A DNA stretch of 63,781 nt, counting the filler, from Parasitella parasitica NRRL 2501 (Eukaryota > Fungi > Mucoromycota): the NCBI GenBank assembly GCA_025201805.1. It is 8 parts of 8 records of this genome, joined end to end, with 100 filler letters (N's around TTAATTAATTAA, not from the genome) between each part and the next. Parts side by side here need not be neighbours in the genome. Positions count along the whole stretch, not along the records: positions 62,740 to 63,781 come from MU619682.1; 7 more parts are not named here. One strand, written 5' to 3'. Below are positions 62,740-63,781 of the stretch, piece by piece (within the stretch, counting starts at the first letter, position 1; each line of letters begins with the position of its first letter). Under the pieces are notes generated by a model, which worked only from the letters and a program-made list of their open reading frames with translations, was not told the DNA's origin and did no database searches. The position numbers were made by a program, and so were the translations under genes.

Positions 62740-62820
62740 AAAAAAAAAAAAAGAAAAAAAAAGGAGCATCTGCTAACAGTGTTCTGTTAATTAGATCAAA
62801 CATCTGAACTACTTCAGCAT

Positions 62821-63120
62821 GTGATTCAGGAAGCTCCTTCCTCCTCCCAAGTCCCAGTTCAGACGACAGAGGATGAACAGCTGGAAGATGAGGACCATGG
62901 TGTACTATCAAACACAGAAGACGAGGAAGACGACATTGAAGTAGAAGAGGATGTCGACATGTCAAATCTTGCGACGACTCCGGTTCAAGAAACCAGAGCC
63001 TCATCGACCTCCAGCTCTGCCATACCTAAAAGAGAACGACGATCAAGCCACATCATGAGCAAGTTAAAAATGGTCTTTTTTGAAAAGAGAAAATCAGCAG
63101 TGGGATCCATTCAACAACAA

Positions 63121-63165
<45 letters not shown>

Positions 63166-63375
63166 AGCAAACACTCGAGACATAGCCATAAAAAACGTGC
63201 GAGACCACTGTCGTATCCTAATTTATTATCCATTGCATCCGACGAGCAGCAACCACCCTCATTACCTCCTCACGCTGAAAGTAGTAGCCAGCCGTTAAGT
63301 CTGTCAAGGCATATCACCACACCAGAAAGAACATCCGCAACAAGTAGATCGTTAAGGATGGAAATTGATACCTAG
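62821..63375 (+). CDS. 3' exon of an uncharacterised polyQ/Ser-rich protein (5' part lost at contig break)
   Basis: 184-codon open frame with acidic, polyQ and RPLSYP segments. Confidence 0.55.
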
Positions 63376-63781
63376 ATATTATTACTAAATTCACGATCAA
63401 TTTGGTCAACAAATGTTTGCATAAATCTATCACGTTCTATTGCCAAGGTTTTCCCTTTGGGTGTTCTCATCATCGATTTAAGTCTAAACAGTTTTTCTAT
63501 AATATATACAATAATTTATATCAATATCCTCTAACCAAATAAAAAATATACGCTATGACTACGTACCATGGAAATGTGTAATAGCTGAATTGTTTGCATT
63601 GGATTCATCGAGATAGTCTTGCTGGGTGATATTCTCAATGGCTACATGCTCTGGTACATACAATGGTCTGTTTTTAGCCCCACTAAAAGCTGCACATCGC
63701 AAGACACCAAAAGCGCCAATCGCATCTAGCTTATCCGCATCTTGGACCCTGAATGAATTTTTTTTTTTTTTTTTTTTTTTT

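Overview
Eukaryotic, AT-rich fungal DNA with short introns, most consistent with a Mucorales genome (Mucor/Parasitella-like; inferred from gene families and intron style). The window is a concatenation: seven 100-bp N-TTAATTAATTAA-N linkers join separate contigs, so adjacency across them is unproven. Positions 1-20 kb and 40-54 kb are transposon graveyards. They contain three minus-strand Helitrons (one ~4.9-kb full-length but inactivated RepHel element and two ~1.7-kb deletion derivatives), a PIF/Harbinger MITE, a multi-exon PD-(D/E)XK nuclease-like gene, a defective Ty3/Gypsy element with a nested LTR, a decayed LINE, a CACTA-like transposase fragment and LTR-like fragments. Positions 21-39 kb and 55-63 kb hold host genes: nrc-2/Fpk1-type kinase, Snt1/NCoR-like SANT protein, TVP18, tropomyosin, OSCA/CSC1 channel, F-box protein, GT77-like glycosyltransferase, RGG-tailed protein, molybdopterin-binding-domain protein and a CCCH-methyltransferase. 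Three observations stand out. (1) All three divergent Helitrons share an atypical 3' end: a hairpin reaching the terminus, capped by a GCGNAGC mini-hairpin motif, with two ending in CTCG rather than CTRR. (2) The tropomyosin gene splices to only 123 aa. (3) The Gypsy gag-pol junction carries a clear -1 frameshift slippery site with a putative pseudoknot. All calls were made by eye, with no database searches.
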